Source: Nitrospinota bacterium
GTDB taxonomy: Bacteria; UBA8248
Assembly: GCA_029937135.1 (NCBI GenBank)
Contig: JAPYQX010000001.1
Span: 5,790-69,789 of the forward strand
DNA: 64,000 bases
Direction: 5' to 3'
Part shown: positions 40,178 through 50,645 of the stretch, in pieces
Layout: each line of letters begins with the position of its first letter
Position numbering within the stretch: position 1 is the first letter of the stretch
Notes under the pieces: model-generated
What the model was told of the DNA's origin: nothing
What the model saw: the letters and a program-made list of their open reading frames with translations, nothing else
Database searches by the model: none
Made by a program: the position numbers and the translations under genes

Positions 40178-41452
40178 ATGGAAGCCGATTTAATCCTCCG
40201 GCTCGCCGCCTTTGTATTGTTGATGTTTCTCTCCGCGTTTTTTTCTGCCAGCGAGACGGCTTTTTTCTCCCTCAGCCGCGTCCGGGTGCAGGTTCTCCGC
40301 AAGGAAAGCCGGTCGGGTGAAAAAATCGCTTCGCTTCTCGATCGCCCGCGCCGGCTGATCATTTCCATCCTGATGGGAAATGAAATCGTCAATATCGTCG
40401 CTTCGGTGATATTCACGGGCGGGATTATCATTGTTCTGGGAGAAAGCCGGAGTTGGCTCGCTCCCATCCTGATGGCGCCGATCCTGATGGTGTTCGGAGA
40501 AATTTCGCCGAAATCCTTCGCGGCCCGTTTTCCTGAGTCACTGGCACGGGGCCTGGTGGTTCCGCTGACCTGGTTCACCAATATTATCCAACCGGTTCGC
40601 TGGGTATTCCTCCAAATCGCCAACGCGGTCCTTTCTCTTTTGGGCGCTTCGGTCAGGGATCAGAGCAATATTTTGATGGAAGACGAGTTCCTGACATTGG
40701 TCGATGCGGGTTTGGAGGAGGGCGAGCTGGACGCTACCGAGCAGGCCTATATCCGGAACATATTCGAGTTTTACGACAGGACCGTTGGCGAAATAACAAT
40801 TCCCCGCACGGACATGGAGTGCTGGGAAGCTGGTCTACCCCTTTCCGAGATATCAAGGCTGGTGCGGGAGTCGGCCCACTCGCGCGTCCCCATATACGAG
40901 AGCGACCGCGACCATATCGCCGGAATACTTTATCTGAGGGATTTTCTGGGTGTCTCCGGGCAAACGCAATTCGACCCCAAACTTCCACTGCCGCGCAAGT
41001 TGCTGCGCGAGCCGTTGATCGTTCCCGAAGGCATGAAACTCGATGCGCTCTTCCGCATCTTTCGGCAAGAGAGAACCCATCTGGCGATTGTGGCCGATGA
41101 GTTCGGCGGGGTCGCCGGATTAGTGACGATGAACGATTTGCTGGATGAAATATTCGGTGAAATCCGGGACGAATTCGACGAGCCGGAAAAGGCGGATATC
41201 GAGGGACAGCCGGACGGCGCTTTCATATGCCAGGCGCGGGTTCCTTTGTGGGATTTCTCGGAGGAAACCGGCTGGCTTCTTCCCGACTACGCCGAGGCCC
41301 ATTCCGTGGGCGGCCTGGTGTTCACCTTGATGGGTCATGTGCCCGAACCGGGCGAGAGCGTCCGCTACGGGGGAGTCGAGTTCACGGTCCTTGAGGTGGA
41401 GAATACCCGCGTGGTCCGGTTGCGGGCCGTGCGCATCGAGGAGAAAGGGTAA
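40178..41452 (+). CDS. HlyC/CorC-family transporter (DUF21/CNNM TM domain, CBS pair, CorC_HlyC)
   Basis: Four TM helices, a CBS pair and a C-terminal transporter-associated domain. Confidence 0.85.
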   Translation: MEADLILRLAAFVLLMFLSAFFSASETAFFSLSRVRVQVLRKESRSGEKIASLLDRPRRLIISILMGNEIVNIVASVIFTGGIIIVLGESRSWLAPILMAPILMVFGEISPKSFAARFPESLARGLVVPLTWFTNIIQPVRWVFLQIANAVLSLLGASVRDQSNILMEDEFLTLVDAGLEEGELDATEQAYIRNIFEFYDRTVGEITIPRTDMECWEAGLPLSEISRLVRESAHSRVPIYESDRDHIAGILYLRDFLGVSGQTQFDPKLPLPRKLLREPLIVPEGMKLDALFRIFRQERTHLAIVADEFGGVAGLVTMNDLLDEIFGEIRDEFDEPEKADIEGQPDGAFICQARVPLWDFSEETGWLLPDYAEAHSVGGLVFTLMGHVPEPGESVRYGGVEFTVLEVENTRVVRLRAVRIEEKG

Positions 41453-42735
41453 TGTCTCTGTGGGTATTCATCCCCGTCGGTATATTACTCCTCATCGGCG
41501 AGGCCCTCTTTTCGGGCTCCGAGATAGCCATTATCTCCGCGAACCGCGCCCGCCTTCGCACCCTGGCGAGGGAGGGTGACCGCGGGGCCGAAACGGCGCT
41601 ACGCCTCATCGATGCGCCCGAGTGGCTGATGGGAACGATTCTGACCTGCCACAATGTGTGTTTCGTGACCAATGTGACGCTGGCGACGCTGGCGGCGATA
41701 GAGCTTGTCGGCCCCGGATACGGGGAGCTTCTTTCAATCGTGTTGATCATCCCGTTCCTCGTGATTTTCGGCGAGGTGGTCCCGAAGAGCTATTGTCAGG
41801 AGCGCGCCGACGCACTCGCGCCCCGGCTGGCCCGGATAGTATGGGCCGCCCGGGGGGTGGTCTATCCAGCCGTGTGGCTCCTCAACCGTCTGATCCAATC
41901 GGTCCTGAACCGGGGAAGCGAGACAAACCACAGCAGCCCCTTCGTTACCCGCCAGGAACTCGAGCTCCTCGTCGAGGAGCCCAGAGAGGGCGACCTGCAG
42001 GCGGGCGAGCGAAAGATGATCGGCCGCATTTTGTCTTTTGGCGATCTGGATGTCGCCAATGTGATGGTGCCCCAGGTCGAGGTCTCGGCCGTGGACGAGG
42101 AGGCCACAATCGAAGAAGTGATTGAGCGAATCAAGACGGACGGGCACTCCAGCATCCTGGTCTACAAAGAGGAGATTCATCATATCGTCGGGGCCGTTGA
42201 CGCGAGGGATATCATCGCGATTGGAGAGGAAGCGCATGGCCCGCTCAAGGGAAAACCGGGTTTGATACGCGCCCCCTATTTTGTCCCCGAATCCCAACCG
42301 GCGGATGTCCTTCTTGAAGAGATGCAGCGCGAAAAGGTAAAACTCGCGGTGGTAGTGGACGAGTACGGCGGATGCGTGGGCGTCGTCACGATGGAAGATT
42401 TAATCGAGGAGATTGTCGGGGAGATCAGCGACGAATTCGACGTGGACGAAGGCGGGTTTTTCCAGCGATTTTCGGACGGAAAAATCATGGTGGATGCCCG
42501 GATGGAGGTCGAAGCGGTGCGGGAGGAGCTTTCGATTCCCGTTCCCGAGGGCGACTACGAGACCCTGGGCGGCTACCTCCTTGAAGTGTTTGAGCACATC
42601 CCGAAGAAGGGCGAGCGGGTAACGATCGATGGATGGAAATTCATCGTGGAAGAAGCCACTGCGAGGCAAATCGAGAAAATTAGCTGCGAGCCGGTTTCCG
42701 GGGAGCAGGTTTCAAAAAACAATCCCTCCGGCTAA
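41452..42735 (+). CDS. HlyC/CorC-family transporter, tandem paralog
   Basis: Same architecture as the upstream gene. The start overlaps the previous stop. Confidence 0.85.
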   Translation: MSLWVFIPVGILLLIGEALFSGSEIAIISANRARLRTLAREGDRGAETALRLIDAPEWLMGTILTCHNVCFVTNVTLATLAAIELVGPGYGELLSIVLIIPFLVIFGEVVPKSYCQERADALAPRLARIVWAARGVVYPAVWLLNRLIQSVLNRGSETNHSSPFVTRQELELLVEEPREGDLQAGERKMIGRILSFGDLDVANVMVPQVEVSAVDEEATIEEVIERIKTDGHSSILVYKEEIHHIVGAVDARDIIAIGEEAHGPLKGKPGLIRAPYFVPESQPADVLLEEMQREKVKLAVVVDEYGGCVGVVTMEDLIEEIVGEISDEFDVDEGGFFQRFSDGKIMVDARMEVEAVREELSIPVPEGDYETLGGYLLEVFEHIPKKGERVTIDGWKFIVEEATARQIEKISCEPVSGEQVSKNNPSG

Positions 42736-42767
42736 ATTGATGATGTGAATAATTTATTAAAAAAACC

Positions 42768-43838
42768 TCATGCGGAAAGTGAGGTGGGAACCTCGATACC
42801 CGTATCTTTCGATATCCCTCGGAGCATTTCCCACTGGGTCTCTTCGTAGGGGATGCCGTTTGCCTTGGCGTCGGCCATGTTGCGCGCCTCGCGCTCACCC
42901 GGAAGGAGCATCTCGGGCCCTCCGTATTTCCTGAAGTCGTTGACGGTCTCCTCCAGGCGGCGGCGGACTTCCTCCTCGGGAAATAAAAAGTCGATCCGCC
43001 AGGCTTCAAAGGTCTGGGACACCCGGCTTTTAGGCGTCTCCCGCATGTTTTTGATTCGCTTGGTCGAGCCGCCGCCGATGACGTTGTCCAGCTCGACGAG
43101 AATATTCAACCCCGATCCCTTGTAGCCGAAAGCCTCCCCGCCCAGGGGAAGAACCGATCCCCCCAACAAACTTTCGTAGGGAACCACTCCTTCGAGCATG
43201 TTGCCGTCCTTGTCCTTGAAATAATCGGGAGGAATGGGCGTGCCCGCTCTCGTGGCGCGGATAGCCGGGCTCACCGCGCGCTGGGTCGTGGCGATATCGA
43301 TGACGATGGCCTCATCTCCGCAGGGGAGCCCCCAGGCGATGGGGTTTGTTCCCAGCCGGACGCGGTTGCCGCCGTAGGGCATCATCCAGGAGCCCGAGGT
43401 GCAGGTGGCCCGGGCGGCGAACCCCCGCGCGATCAGCGCCTCGACATATACACAGGCCGCCCCGAAATGATTCCCGTCGTGGACATGGACCCGGCCACAG
43501 CCGTATTCTCCGGCCAGATCGCCCGCGAGCTGGGCGGCTTCCATCGCCGCCGTGGCTCCGAGGCCGCCGTTGGCGTTTATGGAGGCGACAGCCCAGCCGC
43601 TCTTGTGTTTCACCTCGGGAAGCGCCGTGACATCGATGGCGTCCAGCCGTGATCGATCGACAAGTTCCCTCAACCCGGTGCCCCCGGCGACGCCGTGGCT
43701 GGATATTCCCCTCAAATCGGCGGCGGTGAGAACTTCCGCCGTTACTCTCGCCCGATCCGCCGCCGCCCCGAGGGATTTGGTCACATCCGTGGCGAAATCG
43801 GTCAGCGCTTCCGGCGAGATGCGTTTGGTATTCACCAT
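42768..43838 (-). CDS. Ldh2-family (malate/L-lactate/L-sulfolactate dehydrogenase type 2) oxidoreductase
   Basis: GISSHGV, NPIAWG and GYKGSGL motifs of Ldh_2. Confidence 0.85.
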   Translation of the reverse strand: MVNTKRISPEALTDFATDVTKSLGAAADRARVTAEVLTAADLRGISSHGVAGGTGLRELVDRSRLDAIDVTALPEVKHKSGWAVASINANGGLGATAAMEAAQLAGDLAGEYGCGRVHVHDGNHFGAACVYVEALIARGFAARATCTSGSWMMPYGGNRVRLGTNPIAWGLPCGDEAIVIDIATTQRAVSPAIRATRAGTPIPPDYFKDKDGNMLEGVVPYESLLGGSVLPLGGEAFGYKGSGLNILVELDNVIGGGSTKRIKNMRETPKSRVSQTFEAWRIDFLFPEEEVRRRLEETVNDFRKYGGPEMLLPGEREARNMADAKANGIPYEETQWEMLRGISKDTGIEVPTSLSA

Positions 43839-43852
43839 GAATAAATTTTTTC

Positions 43853-44653
43853 CTATGATTTATAGGGAATGCATAAGGTGAACGATATGCCTCCGCCTGA
43901 AGGTGTTTTTACGGTTAGCTCCCCGCTCCAAAACCGGGCGGTGAGGTATGAGCGGTAAAGACCGATTCCCACGCCTTCAAACCCTTTGGTTTCCTGGAGA
44001 CAGGTATCAAGCCATTCGAGAATCGTGCCGGTCCCGGCCGGCGGAAAGTTCGTCGCACGATTTTCGGTGGAAAGATAAATATTATCTTCATCGCGGAACA
44101 GACGGACAAGAATGGTCCCCCCCTCGGGGGAGAGAAGTATCGCCGCGTCCAGAAGGTCGTTGAACAGGGTGGCGAGCCGGGCCTTGTCGCCCGTGACAAG
44201 GAAGGCCGAGGATGGCAATTCCGGCTGGAATCGATATCCGCGAAGGCGCCGGAGCCGCTTGCTGATCTGCTCGCTGAGAAGGGCGGCCAAATCGACAGCC
44301 TCCTCTTTTTCAGTCAATTCCCCCGATTCAATCGCAGCGGTATCGACAAGATCGCGGACGAGGCGGTCCAGCCTGTAAACGGTTTCCGAGAGTTCGGACA
44401 AACTCTCGCGAAGCGCTAAAAGATTTGTTTCGTTGGTCAATTCCTGGAAACGATTTCGGAATTCGGCGAATGGTTCGCCGAGGTCGCGGCTCACGAGCCG
44501 AAGGAAGAGTGAGTCCTTCCGGGCGTTTGCTTCGGCGGGATGATCCCTGGACCCATCGTTCACTTTGATCTCCCGCAGTATGAGAGCGCGCTTCACGGCC
44601 TGAATCTGGTGTGAATTTGGCGTGATTCTCCGCGATCCCCGAATATCTGTCAA
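43853..44653 (-). CDS. soluble histidine-kinase-like protein (DHp-like helix plus HATPase_c) lacking the conserved phospho-accepting His
   Basis: The C-terminal GHKL ATPase fold (GVGIGL, G-box) is present. The region where the H-box is expected reads ELSETVYRLDRLVRDL, with no His. Confidence 0.55.
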   Translation of the reverse strand: MTDIRGSRRITPNSHQIQAVKRALILREIKVNDGSRDHPAEANARKDSLFLRLVSRDLGEPFAEFRNRFQELTNETNLLALRESLSELSETVYRLDRLVRDLVDTAAIESGELTEKEEAVDLAALLSEQISKRLRRLRGYRFQPELPSSAFLVTGDKARLATLFNDLLDAAILLSPEGGTILVRLFRDEDNIYLSTENRATNFPPAGTGTILEWLDTCLQETKGFEGVGIGLYRSYLTARFWSGELTVKTPSGGGISFTLCIPYKS

Positions 44654-44709
44654 AAAGAGTGCAAATAGCTGCCCAAACCGGAGGGCGCGTGTCTGGCTTG
44701 GCGCCCCGC

Positions 44710-45159
44710 TTAAATGGAAATGTTTTGCGCCTGCATATCCCCGGCGGCGTCGAGAATGACCCTGGCCGTTCCCCGCGTCATGGGCTCGATGTTTTCCAGT
44801 TCCTCAAGCGCGACCCATTTAGCCTCGGTGATGTCGCTTCGGGGTTGAAGCGAGCCATCCACAGGGCGGCATATAAAATCGACGAGGACGTAGTGATACT
44901 GCACCCGGTCCCAGTTGTCCCGCGTGATGCGATCAAGAACCGCGCAACGCGAGACGATCTCGACGGTGAGGCCCGTTTCCTCAAGCACCTCCCGCTTGCA
45001 TCCCTCCTCGAGCGTCTCACCCAGCTTGAGCGCCCCTCCGGGAACACTCCAGTTTTTCGCTCCTGGGGCCTTGCCCCTTCGCGCCACCAGGACTTTTCCT
45101 TCGCTGAAGATGATGGCCCCGACCCCGACAATGGGCCGAAGGGGATATTCGCGGCTCAT
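44710..45159 (-). CDS. NUDIX hydrolase
   Basis: Start MSREYPL after a GGGAGG RBS. NUDIX box GGALKLGETLEEGCKREVLEETG. Confidence 0.8.
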   Translation of the reverse strand: MSREYPLRPIVGVGAIIFSEGKVLVARRGKAPGAKNWSVPGGALKLGETLEEGCKREVLEETGLTVEIVSRCAVLDRITRDNWDRVQYHYVLVDFICRPVDGSLQPRSDITEAKWVALEELENIEPMTRGTARVILDAAGDMQAQNISI

Positions 45160-45285
45160 ATAGCCTCCCGTATTTGTTTGTGCTAACACCACTATTTGTG
45201 TTGACGACATTGATAAGCTCGACCGTAGCACTCCATCCGCCGCCGGAAAAGTATAACGCCCGGTGAAATCCTGACGGAGGTCAAA

Positions 45286-46128
45286 TTGCCGCCGGAAATT
45301 GTTTTTGCTCTTCTTTCCTTGTGTTTTCTCGGCACGAGCGATTTTCTCTATAAATGGGGCCAAAAGTGGGATCTGCGGGGCGGCCCGTTCATGCTGGTGC
45401 AAAATTTCGCCTATATGCCCACCGCCTTCAGTCTTGCCTTCCTTCGCTCGGAGCTGGTCTGGAGCCCTGGCCTCTGGTTCGGTTTATTGAACGGCGTCCT
45501 CGCTTTCACGGCTTTTCTTTTTATCCTTCTGGCGATGCGGCGGGGGGAGGCCGTCACGCTCATTCCCATCGTTCGGCTCAATTTCGCGGTGACCGCTCTA
45601 CTGACGATAACCTTCATCGGGGAGGAAGTGACCCTGATCAAGGGCGCGGCTCTCCTCCTGGCTGGTTCGGCGGTTTTGGCCGGGGGGACGGGCGTTTTCT
45701 CCGGCAAGGGAGACCGGCGCGCCCTCGTTATGGCGTTGGGCGCCATGATCTTGTTCGGATTTATCGGCCTATTCATCAAACTTGGGCTCGGCATGGGGGC
45801 GACCCCGGCGGGCATGACCTTCGCGCAGAGCCTGGGCGTTTTTTGCATGGCGCTTCCGTTCGCGATCCGCTCGGGAGACCCGATGCCCCGGCGCGGCGGC
45901 GCTCTGTGGGTCCCCCTTGCATGCGGCGTGCTCACTTCGTCGAGCTATGTTTCGCTTTCGGTTGGTTTTACCTATGGGGATGCCGTGGTGATAGCGCCCA
46001 TCGCTCAGTTGAGTTTTGTTCTCACGGGATTGCTGGCGATTGTTTTTCTCGGGGAAAGACTTTCCCCGAGAAAAGGGATTGGCGTGGCCTGCGCGGTCCT
46101 GTCAATCCTGATCTTCACGGCGGTCTGA
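45286..46128 (+). CDS. EamA/DMT-family transporter
   Basis: Ten TM helices arranged as two EamA repeats. Confidence 0.8.
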   Translation: MPPEIVFALLSLCFLGTSDFLYKWGQKWDLRGGPFMLVQNFAYMPTAFSLAFLRSELVWSPGLWFGLLNGVLAFTAFLFILLAMRRGEAVTLIPIVRLNFAVTALLTITFIGEEVTLIKGAALLLAGSAVLAGGTGVFSGKGDRRALVMALGAMILFGFIGLFIKLGLGMGATPAGMTFAQSLGVFCMALPFAIRSGDPMPRRGGALWVPLACGVLTSSSYVSLSVGFTYGDAVVIAPIAQLSFVLTGLLAIVFLGERLSPRKGIGVACAVLSILIFTAV

Positions 46129-46134
46129 ATCGGG

Positions 46135-47313
46135 TCAGACCACCTCGTCCCGGCGGAGCGCGTCCACATCATCGGCCCCCATTCCCAGCCATTCGCCTAA
46201 TATTTCACTGGTGTGGGCTCCGAGGGCGGGGCCTGTCCAGCGGATTTCCAGCGGCGTTTCGGACATGCGCGGCGTGGCGTTTTGCATGGGCACCTCCCCG
46301 AAATCGGGGTCGGGTATATATTTAATAAGCTCCCTTTCGCGAAAATGAGGGTCGGCGAAAATATCCTCGATATCGTAGATGGGCATCGCGGTGACGCCCC
46401 CCTCCACGAATCGGCGCATGTTCTCCTCGCAGGTTCGCTGGCTGATCTCGGCGCCGATGAGCGCGTCGAGAGCAGGGTTATTGGCGACCCGCGCGGTGTT
46501 GTCCTTGAACCGCGCATCGGAAATAAGGCCGGCCCGGTCAATGCCCCTGGCCAGGCGCTCGAACATGGGCTGGGTCGAGGCCGATATGGCGATCCATCTA
46601 TTGTCGCTTGTCGGATAACAGTTCCGGGGGGAGGAGTTTTCGGAAAGATTCCCCGTGCGCTTGTATTTTTTGCCGTTCAGCACGAACTCGGCGGCGTAGG
46701 GGCCGATGATGGTGAACAAAGGTTCGTAGAGCGCCAGGTCGATGACCTGGCCTTTTCCGCCGCCGAGGGCGTCCCGCCGGTAGAGAGCGAACATGGTGGA
46801 TGAGACCCCGTAGAGGCCCGCCGTCATGTCCGCGATGGGGACCGGCGGCAGCAGCGGCGGCGAGTCGGGAAATCCGTTTATCGCGCCGAACCCGGAGGCC
46901 GCCTCGACCAGCGTGCCAAAGCCGGGGCGATCCCGGTAGGGGCCGTCCTGTCCCCAGCCGGAAATTCTCACGATGACGAGGCGGGGGTTCACTTTGTGTA
47001 GCTCATCGGGAGACAGGCCCCACGATTCGAGTTTGCCCGGAAAAAAATTCTCGGCGAGTACGTCCGCTTCCGCCGCCAGTTTTTTTAAAAGTGTCTGGCC
47101 TTCAACCTTCGTCAGGTCGAGGGTGATGGATTTTTTCCCGCGCCCGTACACCTTCCACCACGAAGGACTCCAGGCCCGGAGGGTATCCCCCCTGTGAGGT
47201 ATCTCGACCTTCACCACTTCGGCGCCCGCGTCGGCGAGAAGCATTCCGTAAAAGCCGCCGACGATGAGGCGGGTCAGATCGAGGACTTTCATCCCTTCGA
47301 GAGGAGCTGTCAT
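46135..47313 (-). CDS. CoA-transferase family III (CaiB/BaiF) protein
   Basis: N-terminal GMKVLDLTRLIVGG...AGAEVVKVE and the catalytic Asp region. Confidence 0.85.
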   Translation of the reverse strand: MTAPLEGMKVLDLTRLIVGGFYGMLLADAGAEVVKVEIPHRGDTLRAWSPSWWKVYGRGKKSITLDLTKVEGQTLLKKLAAEADVLAENFFPGKLESWGLSPDELHKVNPRLVIVRISGWGQDGPYRDRPGFGTLVEAASGFGAINGFPDSPPLLPPVPIADMTAGLYGVSSTMFALYRRDALGGGKGQVIDLALYEPLFTIIGPYAAEFVLNGKKYKRTGNLSENSSPRNCYPTSDNRWIAISASTQPMFERLARGIDRAGLISDARFKDNTARVANNPALDALIGAEISQRTCEENMRRFVEGGVTAMPIYDIEDIFADPHFRERELIKYIPDPDFGEVPMQNATPRMSETPLEIRWTGPALGAHTSEILGEWLGMGADDVDALRRDEVV

Positions 47314-47643
47314 CCGGATCGCCTCGCGCCGCGTTTTGAGATGGGTCTACGCATGGTTTCCGACATCCGCATGAACCCTGCCTCCGCCGCCCGGGGCGGA
47401 GACGGGGGCTCCGCGCCGGGAAAAAAGAATTTCGAGAAGAGCCGAGCATATCATGCCCCCCGCCCCGGTTGATGCTTTGAGAAGACATTTTGTTTCAATG
47501 GTTTACGATGAAGGGAATGCTGTATATATATTCGGGTCCGCCGGAGGTTCGATTCGGACCTGCCGGAAGGCCGGGCCGGGCCCGGAGCGAGATCGAATTT
47601 TTCGGCCTCCCTGTGGCTTTCTTCATGCCGGGATGATTTACAT

Positions 47644-48237
47644 ATGACGGTGAAATTAAAAAGGCTTTGCGTGTTTACCGGCTCCCGCGAGGGAAATCGC
47701 GCCGTCTACCGGGAGGCGGCCAGGAATCTGGGCGAGACGCTTTCGGCGAGGGGCATTGGCCTTGTCTACGGCGGCGGGCATATCGGGTTGATGGGAATCC
47801 TCGCCGACGCGGCCCTTGAGGGCGGGGGCGAGGTGATCGGTGTGATTCCGCAGGGTATCGTCGATCTCGAAGTTGCCCACAAGGGCGTGACCGAGCTTTG
47901 CATCGTCGAGACGATGCACGAGCGCAAGGCCCGGATGGCCGACCTCTCGGATGGATTCATCGTCCTTCCGGGTGGCCTCGGAACGCTCGAGGAGATGACG
48001 GAAATAATCTCCTGGGTCTATCTCCGGTTCATCAGCAAACCAATCGGGCTGTTGAATGTGGAGGGCTACTTCGATCCCCTTTTGTCGTTTTTCAGCCACG
48101 CGGCCGGGGAGGGGTTCATGCCGGAGAGCTACGAGAAATTATTCACGGTAGGCGAAAATTCCGATCATCTGATTTCCGGGATGGAGGGCTACTCCCCGCC
48201 GGACGAGGTCCTCGTGCGCGGTATTGCGCCCAATTAG
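47644..48237 (+). CDS. LOG-family cytokinin riboside 5'-monophosphate phosphoribohydrolase (TIGR00730)
   Basis: CVFTGSREGN, GLVYGGG and PGGLGTLEE motifs. Confidence 0.85.
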   Translation: MTVKLKRLCVFTGSREGNRAVYREAARNLGETLSARGIGLVYGGGHIGLMGILADAALEGGGEVIGVIPQGIVDLEVAHKGVTELCIVETMHERKARMADLSDGFIVLPGGLGTLEEMTEIISWVYLRFISKPIGLLNVEGYFDPLLSFFSHAAGEGFMPESYEKLFTVGENSDHLISGMEGYSPPDEVLVRGIAPN

Positions 48238-48295
48238 AGATCTGCTGCACGGTATTGCCCCCATTCAAGGCCCTGGTGCGTGGAACTACTCCCAT

Positions 48296-48958
48296 TCAAG
48301 GATTTTGAGATACCCCCCCGCCGGGATTTCGGCCAGCGGGGCCGAGCCCCATCGCTTTTTTATGCGCCTGGATGGTTTTCAGGTGTGCGTAGCACTCCCA
48401 CAGCGTGTGCCGGAAGACGTATTCCAGGTTGTAGTGAAAAAGGTCCGGGTCGGTTTCATCCCTCCGATATTCGGTGGGATGCGTCTTCAGGGTCACATTC
48501 TCCGTCCACTCCCGGAACCCGTCTCCCGAGGCCCAACGCAGATCCCAGGGGATACGGCGCGTGAAGGTTTTCTCCCGCAGGGAGCCCAACGTTTCCCCGT
48601 CGAGTATCTCCAGGGCGAGGCCGATGGCGTCCTCAAGCGCGGCCAGCAAATCGGGCATCTCAAAAAACCGGCCGGCGTCAAGGCACCGGTCGCCTCCCCC
48701 GGTGTCGAGAAGCGTTTTCTCGCGCGGAAGATTCTCCCCGAACAGCTTTTCGCCCACCCGGCCGATATACCAGCGGTAATGCGCCCAGGCGGTATGGCTG
48801 ACCTGCTGCCTGATGGACCAGGCCCCCCAGCTTTTTCCGGGTTGCGTCATGTCGAGTTGTTCTGCGGACAGCTCGCGGACTTCAAGTTCAAACATCGCGT
48901 GAATCCGGGGATACTCCGGAAACACCTCCCGCGCCGGCGTCGATAGGTTGTCGTTCAT
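48296..48958 (-). CDS. DinB/YfiT-superfamily (DinB_2-like) protein
   Basis: His-containing helices (QQVSHTAWAHYRW and HTLWECYAHL) match the three-His pattern of the DinB fold. Confidence 0.55.
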   Translation of the reverse strand: MNDNLSTPAREVFPEYPRIHAMFELEVRELSAEQLDMTQPGKSWGAWSIRQQVSHTAWAHYRWYIGRVGEKLFGENLPREKTLLDTGGGDRCLDAGRFFEMPDLLAALEDAIGLALEILDGETLGSLREKTFTRRIPWDLRWASGDGFREWTENVTLKTHPTEYRRDETDPDLFHYNLEYVFRHTLWECYAHLKTIQAHKKAMGLGPAGRNPGGGVSQNP

Positions 48959-49122
48959 GTCGGGCTCCCGTTCATGTCCGGTTCTCAATCATGTCGGGGT
49001 TCCTTTCATAACAATCCGCCCCCAGATATTGAGATGCGTAAGCGATTTTTCTCCGTCATTCTGGCCGGTTTCCCCCCGTCGCGCTATGGCCGCCAGCCCC
49101 GGCGTGAGACAATCCACTCTCT

Positions 49123-50034
49123 TTGCGTCCATCCAACCGAGGCGTGCTTGTCTTGTTTGAGCTCTTTTATGCTATTCCCCCGGAGTACCGCGCCCTTCTG
49201 GGGAGCTTTTTCTTCGCCTGCAATCAAATCATCGTCCGCAGGTTAACGGACAGAGGCTCCCCTCTGACCGTGACGATCATGGTCAATTTCTGGATGTCCG
49301 TCACCGCTCTTTTCTTGTTTCCGTTCTCGGACTCGTTCGACGGGAATTTGCTCCGCGCACTTCCTTTTTTCGTGGGTGTGGGTTTGCTGGGGCAGGCGAC
49401 AGCCCGGTATCTGGCTTACTCATCGAACAAGATAATCGGCGTGAGCCGGACAAATACCGTTGTCGCAGGTTCTCCCATCGGGGCCTCGCTGATGGGTGTC
49501 GTGATTTTGGGCGAGCGGCCCGCGCCCGAGGTGGGGATCGGCATCATCTTGATCGTCATCGGGCTGATTTTCATGACGAGCGAGCGCGGGGCGGGCAGAC
49601 TGCCCCTTAAGAGCTACACTTTTGCGTTCGTGGCGATGCTCGCCTTTTCGATAACGCCTTATCTCCGAAAGGGAGGGATGGCGGAGCTGAGCGCGCCCGC
49701 GTTTGGGGTCGTTTTCTCCACCATTATCGCCAACTCGACCCTGATGGCGACCTCGAAGGTCATGCCCGGACCCCAGAAATTTCGCTTTGACCGATCACTT
49801 TTTCTGGCGAGCATCCCGGCGGGAGTTTTGGGGATGGCCGCGGCATTAAACTTCTGGACCGCCCTCAGGGATGGCCCTCTTACCGTAATCTCCCCGCTCA
49901 TCCGGATGACACCGATTTTCATACTCTTGCTATCGGCGGTTCTTCTCAGGGACAAGGAGACCATTACGAAACGGTTGGTTCTGGCCACCTTGATTGTCGT
50001 GGCGGGGGCGGCGCTGATTACGGCGAGTCCGTGA
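49123..50034 (+). CDS. EamA/DMT-family transporter
   Basis: Ten TM helices. The start is uncertain. Confidence 0.75.
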   Translation: MRPSNRGVLVLFELFYAIPPEYRALLGSFFFACNQIIVRRLTDRGSPLTVTIMVNFWMSVTALFLFPFSDSFDGNLLRALPFFVGVGLLGQATARYLAYSSNKIIGVSRTNTVVAGSPIGASLMGVVILGERPAPEVGIGIILIVIGLIFMTSERGAGRLPLKSYTFAFVAMLAFSITPYLRKGGMAELSAPAFGVVFSTIIANSTLMATSKVMPGPQKFRFDRSLFLASIPAGVLGMAAALNFWTALRDGPLTVISPLIRMTPIFILLLSAVLLRDKETITKRLVLATLIVVAGAALITASP

Positions 50035-50162
50035 TTTCAAGGCGCGCGGATTGACCGCATCCTCCTTTGTTTGCGACAATTTCCACATCCGAACCGTTTG
50101 ATTCAAAGCCGCCGGGGATTTATCGGCCTTCTCCGGCTCATTCCGCATTTCGAGGAGAGAGG

Positions 50163-50645
50163 ATGAAAGTACTCAAGATCGTTCCCGAGCGGTGTACGGG
50201 CTGCATGAGGTGCGAGCTGGCCTGCTCCTATGAGCAAACCGGCGCCTTTCAGCCCTCCAAATCCGTTATCCGGGTTTCGGCGTTCGAGGGTCATACGAGC
50301 TATTCGCCCTACACCTGCCCCCAGTGCGACGAGGGGTGGTGTTTGACGGCCTGTCCCGTCGAGGCCATTTCGATCAATGCGGCGGGCGCGAAGGATGTCA
50401 TGGACGAAGCGTGCGTGGGTTGTAAGCTTTGCACCATCGCATGTCCCTACGGGACGATTTTCTACGACCCGGCCCGGCACAAGGCGTTCAAGTGCGATCT
50501 GTGCGGCGGTGCACCCGCCTGCGTGGATGTGTGCCCGAGGGCTGCCATTTTGTATGAGGAAGCCGAAGTGTCGGATTGGGTCGGGCCCTTCGCGGCCGAG
50601 CGGACTCACGGCCCCGGCGGGGCGCTCACGGCGGAGGTGAAATAA
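50163..50645 (+). CDS. 4Fe-4S ferredoxin-type electron-transfer subunit (AorA-like)
   Basis: Four Cys clusters (CTGCMRCELAC, CPQCDEGWCLTACP, CVGCKLCTIACP, CDLCGG..CVDVCP). Confidence 0.8.
   Translation: MKVLKIVPERCTGCMRCELACSYEQTGAFQPSKSVIRVSAFEGHTSYSPYTCPQCDEGWCLTACPVEAISINAAGAKDVMDEACVGCKLCTIACPYGTIFYDPARHKAFKCDLCGGAPACVDVCPRAAILYEEAEVSDWVGPFAAERTHGPGGALTAEVK

Noticed and set aside
47545-47559. tRNA-like T-loop string GGAGGTTCGATTCGG
   Set aside because: The flanking sequence does not form T-stem, acceptor-stem or anticodon arms. It lies in a divergent promoter region, and no tRNA can be folded.
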